The notes below the pieces were generated by a model, which saw only the letters and a list, made by a program, of their open reading frames with translations, was not told where the DNA came from and made no database searches. A DNA stretch of 32,196 nt from Octopus bimaculoides. Taxonomy: Eukaryota. Every line of letters starts with the position of its first letter. Within the stretch, counting starts at the first letter, position 1. The position numbers and the translations under genes are program-made. The DNA lies in the NCBI RefSeq assembly GCF_001194135.2, contig NC_068998.1, positions 8,177,314 through 8,209,509 on the forward strand, given 5' to 3'. Positions 1-11,910 of the stretch are shown piece after piece.

Positions 1-55
1 TATACATACATATATTTAGAGAGAGAAAGATATAGTGAGACAAGTTAATAGACAG

Positions 56-87
<32 letters not shown>

Positions 88-315
88 ATGTAAATATACC
101 TACATACACATATACTCGTATATAGGTATACATATGTATGTATATATATATATATATACATGTGTATATGTATATACACACATATATATACATATATAAA
201 ACACATATAGAGTCACATGTATGAATGTATGTATTTATGTATGTATGTATTCATGTATGTATGTATGTATGTATGTGTATGCATCTATGTATGTGTATGC
301 ATCTATGTATGAATG
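1..315. repeat. Compound microsatellite region: (TA)n then (TATG)n
   Basis: Direct reading: (TA)n at ~53-82 and ~140-160, (TATG)n at ~220-312. Confidence 0.95.
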
Positions 316-773
316 CAAAATGTAGGTAGTATATATACAAGACAGAAACATGACAGTTTTGAAATAAGACTAAGAGAATTTGTCTACCAAACCAATATTC
401 TCGTCGTAGTGGTGAGCGCGTCTAGGGTATATGTACGAATTTGCCAACGATCTCACAGAACGACTCTCAGATTCTGAGAATATAAAAATAAACAGTGGCG
501 GTGTTGTGGGTTATGCTGGTGGTGATTGTGTTGGTGGTGGTATTTGTGGTGGTGATAATGAAGACAAAAATATAAAAATCACTATATTATCCAACGTGAC
601 TGGAATTTTTTTTAAGACAGCAGACTGCATTTTGTGGACAATTTGGATCCCGTTTTAGCATTTTCAACAGCCACACATACAGAATCATTTGTTTTTTCTT
701 TGTTTATCAGAGTGTAAGTGTAAGACTATGTATACAAAACAATGTAATGCATTAAAATAAGCATTTTTGCGAC

Positions 774-1350
774 TTAAGTTAAATCAAGTTTTGAGGTCTG
801 AATTTCAAGACGACCCCTATCTGTTTCTATCAAATTAATGGGATTTTCCCTGGTATCCCTGTCATGTAATAAACAGCAGTAGTGCTCTCTACTCGAGAAA
901 GTTATGAGGCCAGGCTCATTTAGTAATGCAGGCTCATTTAGGTAATCTTGTGACATTTTAACCCATACTGTGTGGACATATATGGGGAAACAGTGTTTCT
1001 GTCTATTTTAGTGAATGTTCTGAACACACTGTGAAGTGTGGTATGCTGTTTGCCAATATATATTCAGGCAGTTTTGAGTACCAGGGTACCCAATTGCTTA
1101 ACAGGGGAAAAAATGAAAAGATTTTTTCCTGTTTGTTGTAGTTGAGTATGTTTATCCATTCGCAAAGTTTCTCTGTTGAACATTCTCTATGTGATAATTT
1201 CATAACTCTTTTATTCTAATAGCGTTTTTGCTAGAATTGCTACTATCTGGAGCTTACTACAATTGTCTTGTTTCACTATAATATTAAGTTCCTTAAGTTT
1301 TCTGTCAGTCAATATCTTTTGAATTTACAGGCCTTTTGTTTCCCTTATTC
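774..1350 (-). mobile_element. Probable decayed Penelope-like element: GIY-YIG endonuclease and C-terminal region
   Basis: Hand translation of the minus strand across stops/frameshifts gives KILTDRKLKELNIIV...NLFIFSP...YIG (1052-1060)...SEH (1015-1023)...FSSREH...NPINLIETDRGRLEI*. Order and spacing resemble the linker, YIG..R..EH motif and N.D.G tail of PLE GIY-YIG domains. Heavily degraded. Contains an 18-bp-period duplication of caggctcatttag (911-941). Confidence 0.4.
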
Positions 1351-2285
1351 GTAATCCTTTATGCTACATTAGCCTCAGTGCTTGTTTGGTACGAAATCTC
1401 TAAAAAAAAAATCAATTAGAGATTAATCATGAATAGGTAAATATTATTTATAACCAGTAATATTTAAATCAAGTAACAGAGATATGAACAAAGATAATCA
1501 ATCCATGACCGCCCCATATAAATTTTGATCGCGCATATTCTACAATGTGTCTTTGTATTTGGACGGTAGGGAACATGACTTTTATTAATAAACTATAATT
1601 TTAGAAATATCGCTTTTAGTAGATCGAGTGAACGATCACATGCAACCTTGAGATGGAAAAAGAGTAAAGTTAATAGTTCTCAAGGATTTACATCTAAGGT
1701 AAAGTGAAACGGGTGGAGGCATAGCGGAGTGGGGTGAAGGATGGACTGAGTGAGCAAAGTAGCTCTTTTGTATTACTTGGTTTTAACATCTTATTCAATG
1801 TAATTAGATCACACAGTCTAAATAGATTCTTAAACAGTATCATTGGGAAATAATTAAAAAAAAACAAAAACATAACAACAATCAAACCACTAACTAATAT
1901 GCAACAAACAACTAAAAATATAAGGTAGAAATGGAAATAAAAAAAAAAATATTATAAAAGGAAAGAGCAGTATTTATCCGATATTGTGAAAGCAATGTTT
2001 TTTCGCTAACGAAGAGTCTTCGCTAATTATTGGCAAAAGTACAAAATATTAATTACTTGTTCAGTGAAATTTCCTTGCTCCTACCATTAATTCAAAAGCA
2101 ATTAAATTTACTTCTTGTACATTATTGGAAATTTATAATGATTTGAAAACTGAGAGGGAGGAAGGAAAATACTAAAAGAAAGTTCAAGCACAAAAATACA
2201 TAGAGATACATATATATACATNNNNNNNNNNNNNNNNNNNNNNNNNNNNNNNNNNNNNNNNNNNNATATATATATATATATATAT

Positions 2286-2640
2286 ACAGAGAGACAGAGA
2301 GACAGACAGAGACAGCGATAGAGAGAGAGTGAGCGAAATGATAGGGTGACAGAGAGGAAGACAAAAATAGAGCAAAAGAGAAGACAAAAAGGAAGAGAAA
2401 GAGGCAGAAAGGAGAAAGACAAAAGAAAAAATGCAAGCGGGAAAGGGAGAGTGTGTGTGTGAGAGAGAGGGAGAAAGAGAGAGAGTTAGAAGGTGAGAGG
2501 CATAGGGCAGAAAGAGAAAGAGACAGAGAGAGAAAGGGAGAGAGAGAGAAGTTGAGAGAGTGAAAGACGGAAAGATAAAGTAGGGGAGAATGAGATGTCA
2601 TGCCCGGAAGGAGAGATTTAAATAAGAAAGAAGCTGAAAG
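2286..2640. repeat. GA-rich low-complexity tract
   Basis: Imperfect (GA)n/(GAAA)n purine tract; source of the spurious S/L-rich ORFs. Confidence 0.9.
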
Positions 2641-2692
2641 ATAGATATTGTGATGGCGATTCTGGAAGTGTTGACGGGGACACTAATGTTAG

Positions 2693-2942
2693 TGATGGTG
2701 GTGGTGAGATAATAGAGGAGAAGAGGTGGGGGATCACGATGGCGGTGAGATGGTGGTGACGGTGATGGTACAGCTGATAGCAGAAATGTTGGTGATGGGG
2801 ATGTTTGATGATGATAATAGTCCTGGTGGTATTGGTGGTGTTGGTGGTGATGCTACTGCTGCTACTGCTGCTGCTGCAATTGCTGGTGCTGCTGGTGCTG
2901 CTGGTGCAGGTTGTGGTAGTGATGGTAGTGGTGGTGATTGTG
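2693..2942. repeat. Imperfect (GGT)n/(GCT)n triplet region
   Basis: ggtggtg, gatggt and gctgctgct runs read directly. Confidence 0.85.
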
Positions 2943-3152
2943 TTACAGATTCAACATGTTGTTAATCTGGATCTTCCAATAAGAATATTTCTCCTAGAAA
3001 TACATGCCATTATTTCTAAAATTGCTCATGCATTAAGGAAACTAAATTAACAATTTAACTTCGTGGCAATACAGTATCATTTTAAAAAAACAAAAACAAA
3101 AGCTAAGAATAAGAATGACAATCATAAAACATTTATTTCCTAGAAGAGTAGA

Positions 3153-3191
3153 ATCATCATCATCATTATCATCATCGTCGTCGTCGTCGTC

Positions 3192-3275
<84 letters not shown>
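3153..3275. repeat. Compound triplet microsatellite (ATC)n-(GTC)n-(ATT)n
   Basis: Direct reading; the (ATT)n part is ~3193-3275. Confidence 0.97.
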
Positions 3276-3278
<3 letters not shown>

Positions 3279-3477
3279 CAGTTTTATTTTTATAGCGCGC
3301 ATTCACTTCACTACCGAGCGCAGCTCTGTGTGCCTTGGATATGTGCTGTCGTTTGCTGTTCGTAGGATGTGTGCAGTGCCCAGTAGTGCAATTTTCGGTA
3401 TGTTATATATACTTGTAAGTCCTGGGGTTTTTTGTTATGCATCTTTCAGAATATTTTTTTATCATACCTAATGCGCC
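3274..3477 (-). mobile_element. 5'-truncated 3' end of an R4/Dong-like REL-endonuclease non-LTR retrotransposon
   Basis: Minus strand reads GALGMIKKYSERCIT (+1 frameshift) GLTSIYNIPKIALLGTAHILR, matching the 'GALG...QK..LLGT..ILR' C-terminus of REL non-LTR ORFs, then a short 3' UTR running into (AAT)n. Flanked on both sides by TAA-type arrays. Confidence 0.78.

Positions 3478-3532
<55 letters not shown>
3478..3532. repeat. (ATT)n microsatellite
   Basis: Direct reading. Confidence 0.97.
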
Positions 3533-3535
3533 GTG

Positions 3536-3700
3536 AAGGCGGCGAACTGGCCGAATCGTTAGCACGCCGTCCGAAATGCGTAGCGGTATTTCGTCTGCCG
3601 TTACATTCTGAATTCAAATTCCGCCTAGGTCCACTTTGCCTTTCATCCTTTCGGAGTCGATAAATTAAGTACCCCATCCCCCGAATTAAAATTAGTGTCA
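3536..3700 (+). mobile_element. tRNA-derived SINE, family A
   Basis: aaggcggcgaactggccgaatcgttagcacgcc head with A-box-like TGGCCGAATCG, B-box-like GAATTCAAATTCC, then ttgcctttcatcctttcggagtcgataaattaagtacc (recalled as Meta-domain-like). Clear self-similarity to 25174-25390 and 27581-27800. Tail partly deleted. Confidence 0.88.
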
Positions 3701-4130
3701 ATAAGTGTCAGTGCAAATTGACGTCCTTGTCTTGGAAAAGCTTGGTGGCACAGAAAGACTAACTCGAATGCATGAGCAAATATTAGTCCTTGCAAAAAAA
3801 TTTTTTGTAAGGCCTGCACATGCCTTTGAAGATGCATTTAATAAACGACTCACTTTACTATGATAATAGATAACTAATTTACTATGCAATACAGAAGTTG
3901 TTTTACTATCTAACCTAAACCTTTGCAACTCACAAGTGAGATATGCGGAAATAATCGTTGTTATTGTGTTGTATACCCAGCATAGTAACTATTTAAACGA
4001 CGTTATACCATTACTCTTTAGTTTCCGTTTATATTCGACACTATTATACCCAGAAAATGTCTATGTGAAATATGTAAGATTTTCAGAATCGTCAAACCCA
4101 TATCCATAGAAACAGCTGGTCTAAATGAGC

Positions 4131-4201
4131 GTACGTATTTCTCTTTCATGTATAACTAATAAATGTGTGTACGTGTTTCTCTTTCAGATATAACTAATAA
4201 A
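4131..4201. repeat. Local tandem duplication, 38-bp period, 2 copies
   Basis: gtacgtatttctctttcatgtataactaataaa versus gtacgtgtttctctttcagatataactaataaa. Confidence 0.9.
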
Positions 4202-5199
4202 ATATTTATAGAAAAAGTCACTCAAAATATTTACTTACAATGTGCTTTCAGACGTACTTGTATGCTTATATAATAATCAGATGTTAAATATACCAAATAT
4301 CATTATATAATATTTTGGCTATCAGGAATGATATAATTATGAACTTTTAGATACTTAAAATCTAATGCGGTGGTGTTCGTGATATATCCTTTTACACTCA
4401 ATTAGAAATAATGAAATCTTGTATTCACCAAAAGAGCGAATATATGAAAAAGCAAATCGTTAACAACAAACCGTGATGGCAGCCACTATGTAGTCACTCT
4501 ATGTACAAGAAATAGAAGCGAAATAAACCAAACCTTCCTCAAATCACGTGCACACTAGTGAAGTGGCTGTAATATTATTTATGCCCTTGCGCACTGGTAA
4601 CGATATGAAAAATATTGGCGCACTGGATTTTAAATAAAAAATGTACTTATTCACTTCGTATGGAAATTAAAAGAAAAGAATAGAAGGGGTGGGATTCTTG
4701 ATATGACATGAAAGGTTTACAGAGAAATTCGTGAATATATTGTTTTTACCTTGCGTTAGGAATCAGTGGTGTGTATAGAAAATAAAAACTTATGAATAAC
4801 ATATTTTCAAGGGACTTAATTATTAATACGGATTTTACGGCTTTAAGCTATAATCCTAAAGAAGCATGTTGCCAAGAAGATTATCCTCGTAAAGAGCTGT
4901 TTGGAGACTACTTCACTAGCGACTTAAAAAGAAAAGATACGTTTTATCCTGTTGTTCTTGAGATACAGACATATTTTTCGTCATAAGTTTCCTCAATCAC
5001 TGTTGAGCAACAGACACATAAGAACAATAGCAAAGCGCTAAGAAACCATGGTAATTTTTCAAATGGTTCAGGAAAATAGCTTGTAAAGCAATTTCTTGTA
5101 ACCCGATACATTTAAATGATATTTTGTAAAGGTTCTTCAACCATTGCTGATATTATTTTCGTAAAGGTTTGAGCAGTTATCGAAAGTCTGAGATTGAAA

Positions 5200-5219
5200 C
5201 ACCACACACACACACACAC

Positions 5220-5265
<46 letters not shown>

Positions 5266-5400
5266 NNNNNNNNNNNNNNNNNNNNNNNNNNNNNNNNNNN
5301 NNNNNNNNNNNNNNNNNNNNNNNNNNNNNNNNNNNNNNNNNNNNNNNNNNNNNNNNNNNNNNNNNNNTATATATATATATATATGTATATATATACATAT
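5200..5400. repeat. (CA)n and (TA)n flanking an assembly gap (N 5266-5367)
   Basis: Direct reading. Confidence 0.95.
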
Positions 5401-5854
5401 ATGGATTTACTTTCGCGTCTTGAAATGAATCATGTATTTTGATATTCTTTTATTCTCTTACTGTTATATAAAAACATAAACTATATTTAGACAATGGACA
5501 TATTGGATCACAACCCTGCAATGTTATAGGAAATTATATCGACCGCAATACTAGCTTTTTCTCGTTGAGTACCACAACAACACTAAAGAACTAGATGTTT
5601 ATCAGATATAGTCCGTTAGTGCACGTTGCAATATCTTAGGACTGAAATTTGTAATTTTCTCATTACTTAATTAAAAGCTGTACAATCGGATTTGGATGAG
5701 AACTGAATGCTTTTTCTTCCAAATTCTCAAACCTGAACTCAAGAAAACATGGTGGAACAGAGTTTAATAAAGGCTAAAATAATATCAAACAACTGTTTTA
5801 GAATATAATTTTCGTCAGTATTTTCTTTATTACTCATTTTATCAGATGATAAAT

Positions 5855-5976
5855 ATATAATCGATCCGGTTATAATAAAAGGCAGAATGATTTGGGGTGA
5901 AATTTGAGTTCAAAACTTAAAGCAATTTCCACTCTATGCGACCAAGTATTTGATGCGACGCTCTACCGATTCTGCC
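5855..5976 (-). mobile_element. Old diverged SINE family A copy
   Basis: aaaggcagaatgatttggggtgaaatttgagttcaaaacttaaag...gcgacgctctaccgattctgcc aligns by eye to 27690-27790 (aaagtcgacctcggtggaatttgaactcagaacggaaag...ggcgtgctaacgtgtctgcc). Confidence 0.6.
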
Positions 5977-6378
5977 TTTCATCTTTACTACATTTCAAGC
6001 ATATTGTATATTTATTGTCTAAGAAAACTAATACAATGCAACTGGGAAATAATATTTCGATATATGAAGCAATGCCAGTTTTTTATATTTTAATATATTT
6101 TTTACTGAAAATCCTCATCGCATATCAATAAAAATAGGTCGTGTTAGTTTCACTCTCTGCTGATCAAAATTACAAACCAGTTATTTTTTTGTTCAAATTC
6201 GAAACATTGAAATGTGAAATAAAAGTATAAATCTTTATTGTTAAGTTGGTTTGGTTTTGCTTATGCTTTCTTCTCTATTTCTAACCCACATCATATTGCG
6301 TTTCTTAAACGCTATTAATCTAATTCGCTATGCTTCATATCAACTACAATATTCTGAAATCTCCTGTATATATATATA

Positions 6379-7297
6379 NNNNNNNNNNNNNNNNNNNNNN
6401 NNNNNNNNNNNNNNNNNNNNNNNNNNNNNNNNNNNNNNNNNNNNNNNNNNNNNNNNNNNNNNNNNNNNNNNNNNNNNNNNNNNNNNNNNNNNNNNNNNNN
6501 NNNNNNNNNNNNNNNNNNNNNNNNNNNNNNNNNNNNNNNNNNNNNNNNNNNNNNNNNNNNNNNNNNNNNNNNNNNNNNNNNNNNNNNNNNNNNNNNNNNN
6601 NNNNNNNNNNNNNNNNNNNNNNNNNNNNNNNNNNNNNNNNNNNNNNNNNNNNNNNNNNNNNNNNNNNNNNNNNNNNNNNNNNNNNNNNNNNNNNNNNNNN
6701 NNNNNNNNNNNNNNNNNNNNNNNNNNNNNNNNNNNNNNNNNNNNNNNNNNNNNNNNNNNNNNNNNNNNNNNNNNNNNNNNNNNNNNNNNNNNNNNNNNNN
6801 NNNNNNNNNNNNNNNNNNNNNNNNNNNNNNNNNNNNNNNNNNNNNNNNNNNNNNNNNNNNNNNNNNNNNNNNNNNNNNNNNNNNNNNNNNNNNNNNNNNN
6901 NNNNNNNNNNNNNNNNNNNNNNNNNNNNNNNNNNNNNNNNNNNNNNNNNNNNNNNNNNNNNNNNNNNNNNNNNNNNNNNNNNNNNNNNNNNNNNNNNNNN
7001 NNNNNNNNNNNNNNNNNNNNNNNNNNNNNNNNNNNNNNNNNNNNNNNNNNNNNNNNNNNNNNNNNNNNNNNNNNNNNNNNNNNNNNNNNNNNNNNNNNNN
7101 NNNNNNNNNNNNNNNNNNNNNNNNNNNNNNNNNNNNNNNNNNNNNNNNNNNNNNNNNNNNNNNNNNNNNNNNNNNNNNNNNNNNNNNNNNNNNNNNNNNN
7201 NNNNNNNNNNNNNNNNNNNNNNNNNNNNNNNNNNNNNNNNNNNNNNNNNNNNNNNNNNNNNNNNNNNNNNNNNNNNNNNNNNNNNNNNNNNNNNNNA
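6379..7297. other. Assembly gap (largest). Other gaps: 2222-2265, 5266-5367, 17031-17118, 17711-18170, 21304-21582, 27239-27353, 30295-30644
   Basis: Runs of N, each bordered by a short-period microsatellite, typical of short-read scaffolding. Content unknown. Confidence 0.99.
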
Positions 7298-7869
7298 TAT
7301 CTTCCTTTGATATATTTACCTGTCTTTGTTATTTACCATATTCCTTTCGTGCTCATATCTCGGCTCTTTCAATACCGCTGGGTTTTTTTCTTGTTTTTTT
7401 TGTACAATCTTTGTTGACTATTCTTTTTCACAGCAATAAACAATGAACAGCTGTAGTAGCTCACGCATCGTTTCCTTATGTTTATTGAAACGTGTTTCTG
7501 TATGAAATTGCCTTATATTATTTTATAATTAACTGAGAAACATGTAGTGAAAGGCGATCTATCTGTGGCCATTCCATATTTTTCGAATGAATGAATGAAT
7601 GAAAAGAATGACATTGAAATCGATGCCCACACTCTCATAGTAATTTCTGGTATGATCCCAGTGACTGTCTTTTTCAAGATTATTTTATCCACGTATGCAT
7701 TATGTAATGAATCTTTCATTAGGTAACAAAATACATTTTATTTCTCTCAGGCGGAGAGATTTTTATGCTTCCATTCATGTTTCTCTTTTAGTAGCTGTGT
7801 TTCTTTTAGCATGATTTTGACATACTATAAATTCAGCAATTTCCAAGCATCACTATCTACAATATAACA

Positions 7870-8330
7870 TGTATCCAACCATCTCGCTCTTGACTTACTG
7901 CTAAATGTTCTGCCGTTCGAGTCGGCTTGAAGAGATTTTGATTGTGATAGTTTCCATCGACTTGTTAATCATATATGCATACAATTTTCATTATGACCAC
8001 GCAATGCGGAGAAGTAGCAGGTTGACGCGCATGTTGAGCCGGTACGGCTCCGTAATCCTGGAGTATGTTCTCTTTCAGTGACGTTTTACCAGAGGTCTTC
8101 ATTTTGATCGCTTGTATTTGCGATCATACTCTTTCGGTCATTGTCCAATATCCATGACTATAGATGAGGGCAAGCACCCAAACCGAGTTGATGATAACAT
8201 ATTTGGGTTCCTCTACCAAACTCTTTTCTTCTGATGATTGACTGCTGAAGCTAACACATTTCTGAGCTAGCCCCTCCAATTCCAGCTTTTAATTCAGTTC
8301 CCTGTCCCCTATCACAAAGCTGCTTTATTT
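7870..8330 (-). mobile_element. Decayed RTE-clade LINE, RT C-terminal/thumb region
   Basis: Hand translation with stops and frameshifts: IGGASSEM..L..SIIRRKE...ALIYSHGYWTMTERV*SQIQA.KM...VNLLLLRIAWS...KSRARWLDT, matching the RTE-type 'IGKASAVM...ILTYGHESWVMTERVRSQVQASEM...PLLLRIERSQLRW.GH...RPRTRWLD'. Confidence 0.7.
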
Positions 8331-8726
8331 ATATGCATGACTGTCTGCCCTACTATCCCCGATATTGATCTTCTTATCTAGTATCTGATGCAAATTCTGT
8401 GACCAAATCTTTGAACTAAAATATCTCAGCCTTCAACATCCCATCATTTCTTTCAGAAATTTTCTCTCAAATGTCCTTACCAAAATTTTCCTATTGAATT
8501 ATCTTTTCTAAGCTATATAATTGAGATGGGAGGAAAATTAAGTTGCTATTTCTAGCATACGGATCCCCAACGGGGAGGCTTCCTCGTAGTCTTTAGAAAT
8601 ACATCATTTATATTTTTTATGAGGAAGTGGAATAACGCCTATTTAATCACCATTAAAGTTCATTGTCGTACTTCTCTTGTTTCAGATAATTCGTTTGATG
8701 TTTAGAAATACACATTTACTAGATCT

Positions 8727-8770
<44 letters not shown>

Positions 8771-9108
8771 TATACGCGATTATAGGCGAATCTGTATGTA
8801 ACTACTGTCTATATGTATGTGTATGTAATGTCTTTGTATCAGTATATATGTATCAATTCTCTCTAAGAATCTTTAGTCAAAAAATCTACATGTGCAAACA
8901 TTCAGTACAAAAGCATAAACGTGTAGAAGCATGTAAGTTAATTTTTCATCACAAGCTTTATTCACAGCACAGCTCACCTCAGCATCCAATCTCCTCCATA
9001 CAAGAACGCACACATACGCACACGCACACACACATACAATCATACACACATACACACTCACGTACGAACGCGAATATGTGTATATTTACATAGCCAGACA
9101 ATTAGAAG

Positions 9109-9183
<75 letters not shown>

Positions 9184-9200
9184 GGATACATAGATAGATA
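9109..9200. repeat. (GATA)n microsatellite
   Basis: Direct reading. Confidence 0.97.
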
Positions 9201-9814
9201 ATCATATATATATATATATATACATTTATACGAAGGCAAATATATATGTATGTGCATGTATGTATACCTACATACATATATACATATATTCATTCTATGT
9301 AATAGATTATCATTATCCTCCCCTTAGACAATTTCAATAACCACCACTGATATTCCAAGAAGGATTGTATTGTGTTTCTCTTTAAACATCCTTTATATTT
9401 TAAAACGTGCTTCAACAGGTCAAATCATTTTCTTTCCGTATTTTAAACTGCTGTTGTTCTCAAAGACAAAATGCAATCGGATATTTAAGTTTATGATTAC
9501 TGACGTCATCTAATATCAGATTCACCTTTGTCAAAGCAGTATTCATTCTATTTTGTCTTTAAAGGATAATGAAACCATTGCAAAAGAATTGCTATAGTCA
9601 TTCTTCAATACAACTCCGACATCAATACCACGAGCAACCTCCAATATATTTTCTTATTCGTGCATGTGTGTGAATGTGTTTGTGTGTATATACGCGCTTT
9701 GTTTTATTTTTTTCTGGATTTTTCTGTTGGTTAAACAAACATGCAAACTTACAATGGAACATTTTCTGTTAGTGATATTGTAAAATGATCAATTTCCTTA
9801 GAAACAGTCAGGAT

Positions 9815-10012
9815 TTAATCATTTGTTAGATCTCCTGAAAGGATGCTGCTAATAAAACCTTTAGTCCTCCTGAGATGATAAAATGGACACTTGAGGATGA
9901 AGTCATTGTAAGCCAAACTAAGTTTGCACGCATTATATTTTCTTCTGCTATCAATGGATTTACCTTGAAATAGGAAACTGTTGTTTCCTTTATAGTTATT
10001 CAGTCTTTGCAT
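9815..10012 (-). mobile_element. Possible decayed LINE C-terminal CCHC zinc-knuckle segment
   Basis: ORF-track peptide RRKYNACKLSLAYNDFILKCPFYHLRR resembles 'R.C..C....EDE.HF.L.CP.Y..LR' at the end of many non-LTR ORF2 proteins; first Cys and the His are missing. Confidence 0.35.
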
Positions 10013-10196
10013 TTAGAAGCCTCTCTTGTAAAAATATGAAACGAAATGAAGTAAACTCCACATAATTGTTGAGAAATCCAATCTCATTTCTATAAATGTT
10101 AAACAACATTAACTTGCGTAATAATTACTGCGTTCAATACAAAAGACATGTAAATGGGGCCAGCTATTGAGTGTGGATCATAGTATTAGATCATAG

Positions 10197-10365
10197 GGAG
10201 GGTGTGAGATGATAAAACCATTAGAGCTTCGGAAAACTTGCTTTGTGGCATCTAATTCATTTCTTCACGTTCTGAGTTCGTATCCCAGCGAGGTAATTCC
10301 AATATTCATCCTCTCAGACAAAAGCACCAGTTTAAATTCTGGGTTTGATATTATTGACTAAACAA
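10197..10365 (+). mobile_element. Old diverged SINE family A copy
   Basis: cattagagcttcggaaaacttgctttgtggcat...cacgttctgagttcgtatcccagcgaggt...ttcatcctctc...aagcaccagtt is colinear with family A copies, including the B-box-like GAGTTCGTATCCC. Confidence 0.65.
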
Positions 10366-11523
10366 CTTCACTCATTATTGCTTACAGTGTGTTTACAGGG
10401 ATAACCGGCATTGACTTTGTACCTTCTGAGATAAAATCTCATCAGGCATTTAATAACTTCCTTCTTTACTGCTTCGACAAAATATTTACCAACCAAGTTC
10501 TGGGTTCAACCTTAATTGACTGTATTACCGGCAACACCAACATACAAATCAAAGGCTGTATAGCAGTGAGAAGCGCCTACGATTATCGTGTAGCAAGTAA
10601 TTGCAACTTTACTGAATCTTGAAGCAATTTAAGAAAATACACAATTTTAGTTCAAAACCAGAAACTAAGAATTCACGTGTGTTTTGAATGTAGTTTAATC
10701 TAATTTTAGAAAGAACTTTTTATCAAAATATTTCACTTTGGAAGAATATGTGTTTCTATTTATTGAACGTCTTTAGATATTTTTGCTGCTTCGATTCTGG
10801 GGTTACACCGAGCAATGTGTTAAATGTTGGTGTTATTTATTAATAAATAATAATTCATTAGTTATGTCTAGGGAAAGTCATTATGCCAACAATTTTGTTA
10901 TAATGACTCTCCCTAGACACAATAAAATGTGTTTCAACACAGGAATTTACATAAAAAATCTTGCAAACTAGATGCGATAATTGATTAGTTATAAATTCTT
11001 TAATAAGAAACAGAGAGCTCCGAATTCACAAAGATAATTAACAATGTATTATTTTAGTATCATGTCTACATAACATGAAAAAGATATGTTATAAATATAT
11101 TTGAAAGCACCCACGTATAATGAATATACTTCTATGCCACCTACTAGGGTAGGTGACAGCAATGTGATAGGTGCGACACAACAAGCATTACCAGCTTTTA
11201 TAATAAACACACCAGCATTCCTTACATTTTGTCACCAGTTTTCATACGAATCTAAGCAATAGGTATATATTTATGATTTCTATATTGGACAAACTGCATT
11301 TTAATAAAGTTTTTTTGTTTCCTCATAGAAAAGAAAGATTTACGTGAAGAAAATCCTACGGGAGTACTTGTTTGCTGATTTCAGTTTCTAAGAATTCGTG
11401 CTCTTGTGAAAATCTCGTGAAATCCTGTGGCCGATATTCGACTGAAAAATTAAAGATAACTCACAATTAGGGCGAAACACCAGTACAAATTGTAAGTGGG
11501 GAAAACTCTATGGTGTCTGTTAT

Positions 11524-11765
11524 AATTTATGCAATTTATGTATATTTATTTGTGTTTTTATGTAATTGTATAATTTATGTATCGTATATAGCTTAGCTTA
11601 TATATTTGTCTATATTTCTATAGCATTCTGGTTTATCTGTATATTTATATATATTTTCATATATATATTTATATATATTTTTATATATTGACACGTTTAC
11701 AATTTAATGTAAACTTTACAATTTTATAATTTATAATTATACCATTTTACTTTATATTTTACGTT
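11524..11765. repeat. AT-rich low-complexity (TATATT-like) tract
   Basis: Direct reading. Confidence 0.85.
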
Positions 11766-11910
11766 AATTTTCGATTTCCATTCATCTGAAATCTCTGCAT
11801 CGGTTCAATTTGGTAGCTCACCTGGAGTGGAATCTTCCATTAAATAGGGTTTACTTTAACATCGCCTCTCGCCCGGTCCTCCATTTAAACTTCTTGGTTT
11901 CATAGAAAAG

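Noticed and set aside
1410-1680. Complex sequence here and at 5480-5640 that feels like a DNA-transposon or dispersed-repeat fragment
   Set aside because: No TIR, TSD or convincing internal match within the window; cannot be supported without a repeat library.
2726-2965. Gly/Ala-rich 79-aa ORF
   Set aside because: Explained by (GGT)n/(GCT)n repeats; starts at GTG, no splice context or recognisable motif.
4792-4986. 64-aa ORF with LFGDYFTS, reminiscent of piggyBac 'FDNYFTS'
   Set aside because: Only one short motif; neighbouring piggyBac motifs are absent or wrongly spaced, and no TTAA-flanked TIRs seen.
10420-10450. Minus-strand CTGATGA followed by a gagat/atctc hairpin
   Set aside because: No GAAA after the stem and no NUH or stem I; not a hammerhead.
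11436-11490. ctgaaaa...gcGAAACaccaGTA, a possible tandem partner of the 11911 motif
   Set aside because: Core G8 missing, stem II does not pair convincingly, stem I needs several assumed mutations.
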